Of a stretch of 25,916 nt of DNA, positions 23,187-25,916 are shown in pieces. Each line of letters begins with the position of its first letter. Position 1 is the stretch's first letter. The notes below the pieces were generated by a model that saw only the letters and a program-made list of their open reading frames with translations, made no database searches and was not told the origin of the DNA. Both the position numbers and the translations under genes were made by a program. Source of the DNA: Nitrospirota bacterium (GTDB lineage: Bacteria; Nitrospirota; Thermodesulfovibrionia; Thermodesulfovibrionales; Dissulfurispiraceae); the NCBI GenBank assembly GCA_040754455.1, contig JBFMCP010000039.1, forward strand, positions 1 through 25,916. Reading direction: 5' to 3'.

Positions 23187-24143
23187 GTGATCGGCGTTAT
23201 TCTGCTCAATCTCGGCGGGCCTGATTCCCTCAGTGCGGTAAAGCCCTTTCTGTATAATCTTTTTTCAGACAGGGATATCATCAGGCTGGGCCCTTCCTTC
23301 CTGCAGAAACCTATTGCCTCGCTTATTATAAACTTGAGGGCAAAGAAGACGATGGAGGCCTACCGACTGATCGGCGGCAAGTCTCCTCTGCTTGACATCA
23401 CCACGGCACAGGCCAGGGCACTTGAACACTCTTTGAACGAGCGCCACCTTCCACAATCTTTTAAGATTTATATCGGCATGCGCTACTGGCATACCTTTAC
23501 CGAAGAGAGCCTGGAGCAAATGTACCGGGTGGGCATACGCAAGATCATTGCCCTGACCCTCTACCCACACTATTCGATTGCAACGACCGGGTCCTCTCTC
23601 AAGCAGTTCAAAGAGGCTGCGGCGAAATATCCTATCGAATACTCCTGCATAACCTCATGGTACAACCATCCGATCTATATCGATGCCCTTGTTGAACATA
23701 TCAATAAAGGATTGGCTGATTTCAAAGAGAAACCCGCTGTCCTCTTCAGCGCGCACAGCCTGCCCCAAAAATTCATCGATGCCGGAGACCCTTATGTCCG
23801 GGAGGTCCAGGGCACCATCAATGAAATCACCAAGAGGATCGCTATCGAATGGTATCTCTCCTACCAGAGCAAGACCGGGCCGGTGAAATGGCTCGAGCCC
23901 TCGACCGAGCAGATGCTCCACGAGCTTGCCGGCAAGGGCGTCAAAAATCTTCTCGTAGTACCCATCAGCTTTGTTTCCGACCATATTGAAACCCTGTTTG
24001 AAATCGATATATTATACAAAGAGATGGCTCAAGAGTTCGGTATAACGCTCAAACGGATGGAGTCCCTGAATGCATCTCCCCGATTCATAGAGGCGCTTGC
24101 CGACCTCGTCATGAGCAACGCAAAAGCTGCCGGCTGGATTTAG
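23187..24143 (+). CDS. hemH: Ferrochelatase (proto- or coproporphyrin)
   Basis: LLNLGGP, YRLIGGKSPL, GMRYWH, LYPHYS, FSAHSLP, YQSKTGPVKWLEP, PISFVSDHIETLFEID; GTG start. Confidence 0.96.
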   Translation: MIGVILLNLGGPDSLSAVKPFLYNLFSDRDIIRLGPSFLQKPIASLIINLRAKKTMEAYRLIGGKSPLLDITTAQARALEHSLNERHLPQSFKIYIGMRYWHTFTEESLEQMYRVGIRKIIALTLYPHYSIATTGSSLKQFKEAAAKYPIEYSCITSWYNHPIYIDALVEHINKGLADFKEKPAVLFSAHSLPQKFIDAGDPYVREVQGTINEITKRIAIEWYLSYQSKTGPVKWLEPSTEQMLHELAGKGVKNLLVVPISFVSDHIETLFEIDILYKEMAQEFGITLKRMESLNASPRFIEALADLVMSNAKAAGWI

Positions 24144-24156
24144 GAAAGAGAGAACC

Positions 24157-25362
24157 ATGCAGACTTATGACATTATTGTGGTCGGAGCGGGCATCAGCGG
24201 ACTGAGCCTGGCCCATTACTGCGCCAAAGAGGGGCTCAAGACACTGGTGATCGAAAAGAGCGACAGAGTCGGCGGCACCCTGCACTCACATCGCTTTGAG
24301 AACACCGGCGGGTTCTGGCTCGAGCTGGGTGCACACACCTGCTACAACTCGTACCGCTCCCTGATCGGCATCATGGAAGACTGCAGGATCATGGACCGCC
24401 TGCTCAGTCGTGAGAAAGTTCCCTTCAAAATGCTCGTCGACAGTCGGGTGAAATCCATTCCCTCGAGGCTTAACTTCTTCGAACTCCTCCTCTCGGGACC
24501 ACGCCTGTTCACCCTCAAGCAAGAGGGGCGGAGTGTGGAATCGTACTATTCCGGAATCGTCGGACGCACCAACTACGAGCGGGTCATCGGCCCTGCCATG
24601 AACGCCGTCATCTCTCAAAGGGCGAACGATTTCCCTGCAAACATGCTTTTTAAAAAGCGGCTCCGCAGAAAAGACGTCATGAAGAAATACACTCTTACCG
24701 GCGGTGTCCAGACGATCACCGATGCCATTGCATCACAAAAGGCTTTCGAGATCGTGAAAGGAAAAGAGGTATCTGGAATAAAATCCGTAGGCAGACGCTT
24801 CCAGACCACCACAGGCGATGAAATATATGAATCGAACAGCCTGGCCCTGGCCACCCCGGCATCTGCCGCAGCGCGGCTCCTGAACGAGCCCTTTCCCGCA
24901 CTTGCTGAAAAGCTCGCACAGATCAAGGTCGAATCTGTCGAATCAGTCGGCGTAGCACTAAGAAAAGAGCTGGTATCGCTTCCCCCTGCTGCCGGGCTCA
25001 TCCCCGAGTCGGACAGCTTCTTCTCAGTAGTAACCAGAGATACGGTCAGGGACGACACCTATCGGGGCTTCACGTTCCATTTCAAACCGGGACTGTTGAG
25101 CTACAGTGCGAAGCTCAAGCGTATCTCCGAGGTGCTCGGCGTAAAGCAGGAACAGCTCGGTAATGTTGTCGCAAAAGAGAATTTCATCGCCTCGCTCAGA
25201 GTCGGCCATGAGGCGCTTGTCCGCTCCATCGACCAGGCGATTGCCGGTCATCAGCTTTTTCTTACAGGAAATTATTTCGACGGCTTGGCAATAGAGGACT
25301 GTGTCGCACGATCGCACAAGGAATTCTCACGGCTGAAGGGATTCATCGGACGCCCTCATTGA
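24157..25362 (+). CDS. HemY-like FAD-dependent (copro/proto)porphyrinogen oxidase
   Basis: VVGAGISGL, E..DRVGG, ELGAH, LTGNYFDGLAIEDCV; 13 nt downstream of ferrochelatase; shorter than typical HemY. Confidence 0.75.
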   Translation: MQTYDIIVVGAGISGLSLAHYCAKEGLKTLVIEKSDRVGGTLHSHRFENTGGFWLELGAHTCYNSYRSLIGIMEDCRIMDRLLSREKVPFKMLVDSRVKSIPSRLNFFELLLSGPRLFTLKQEGRSVESYYSGIVGRTNYERVIGPAMNAVISQRANDFPANMLFKKRLRRKDVMKKYTLTGGVQTITDAIASQKAFEIVKGKEVSGIKSVGRRFQTTTGDEIYESNSLALATPASAAARLLNEPFPALAEKLAQIKVESVESVGVALRKELVSLPPAAGLIPESDSFFSVVTRDTVRDDTYRGFTFHFKPGLLSYSAKLKRISEVLGVKQEQLGNVVAKENFIASLRVGHEALVRSIDQAIAGHQLFLTGNYFDGLAIEDCVARSHKEFSRLKGFIGRPH

Positions 25363-25448
25363 GATCGTTCATTGTAGCTGGCTTTTGCAATGAGCGGTAA
25401 TCGGCCAACGATGAACGGAACCGCCCCGCACGGAGGCTAGCAGTTCCG

Positions 25449-25916
25449 TCAAAGGCTGCTTGCGACGATGCGCTTCGTATCGCCAGCGATGAGGTGGCTG
25501 TCGACGCGGATCGTGTGGTTCTTCAGATGACCTTCCAGCTGTTTTTTTGCAGCATGGCATATCTTCCGCAGCACATCGAACCGCTTGCCGTAGTAGAGCC
25601 AGGGAAAGATATCATTGATATCCGCGTTTTTGAAAGGCTGGAACTCCTGGGCGCTGACCCCGGCACCCTTGAGTATGAGGAACGCATCTCCCGGCGCCGG
25701 CTTTGTCGGTTTCCAGGCGGAAACCTTCAGAATATTCTCCCAGCCGAGGACGATGTGGATCCTCGAAGGGCATGCTTCCCGGGCTCCATTGCACGAAGTG
25801 GTCACCTGCATGACCGCATCGAAAATGCTGGTCCCCTCATCGACAATCATATAGACTGCATCATTAAAGCGGAAGAGTTCCTGATGTGCCTGCCGTGAAA
25901 GCGCGCTGTCGCAGAT
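25449..25916 (-). CDS. Hypothetical protein, 5'-truncated by the window end
   Basis: The frame of the 25449-25850 ORF stays open for another 22 codons to the window edge (ICDSALSRQAHQELFRFNDAVY-MIVDE...). Confidence 0.65.
   Translation of the reverse strand: MCDSALSRQAHQELFRFNDAVYMIVDEGTSIFDAVMQVTTSCNGAREACPSRIHIVLGWENILKVSAWKPTKPAPGDAFLILKGAGVSAQEFQPFKNADINDIFPWLYYGKRFDVLRKICHAAKKQLEGHLKNHTIRVDSHLIAGDTKRIVASSL

Noticed and set aside
1..25916. CRISPR array, tRNA, integrase or transposase
   Set aside because: No regularly spaced repeats, cloverleaf signatures or recombinase motifs were seen by eye; tRNAscan-SE and Infernal would be needed to exclude small RNAs fully.

Overview
Bacterial chromosomal window. 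The gene content and style suggest an anaerobic Nitrospirota- or Desulfobacterota-like organism, which is inference only. It opens with the 3' end of a 23S rRNA with no 5S gene behind it, then an RpoD-like sigma factor, a LysM protein, bioA, a lipoprotein and greB. An accessory block follows (about 5.6-11.4 kb): a Tat-exported His-rich beta-propeller, a DUF305/CopM-like protein, a small lipoprotein, and a three-gene RiPP-like operon on the minus strand. That operon encodes a 163-aa protein with a Lys-rich, Cys-free ~125-aa leader and a (Cxx)6 core mirrored by six X-small-small triads, followed by two translationally coupled radical SAM/SPASM enzymes. It is the best candidate for an undescribed system: a long-leader, possibly six-bridge sactipeptide-like product. 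Next is a co-oriented run of site-2 protease, trpS, ThiF/MoeB, GTP-PEPCK, an internally duplicated kinase/pseudokinase-like protein and a CapA-family metallophosphoesterase. The rest holds a small orphan gene with a complete sigma54/IHF/UAS promoter, a CadC-like regulator with a P1B ATPase and its operator, ubiX, a Cys-rich small protein, ferrochelatase, a HemY-like oxidase and a truncated unknown CDS. All calls come from motif recognition; no searches were run.
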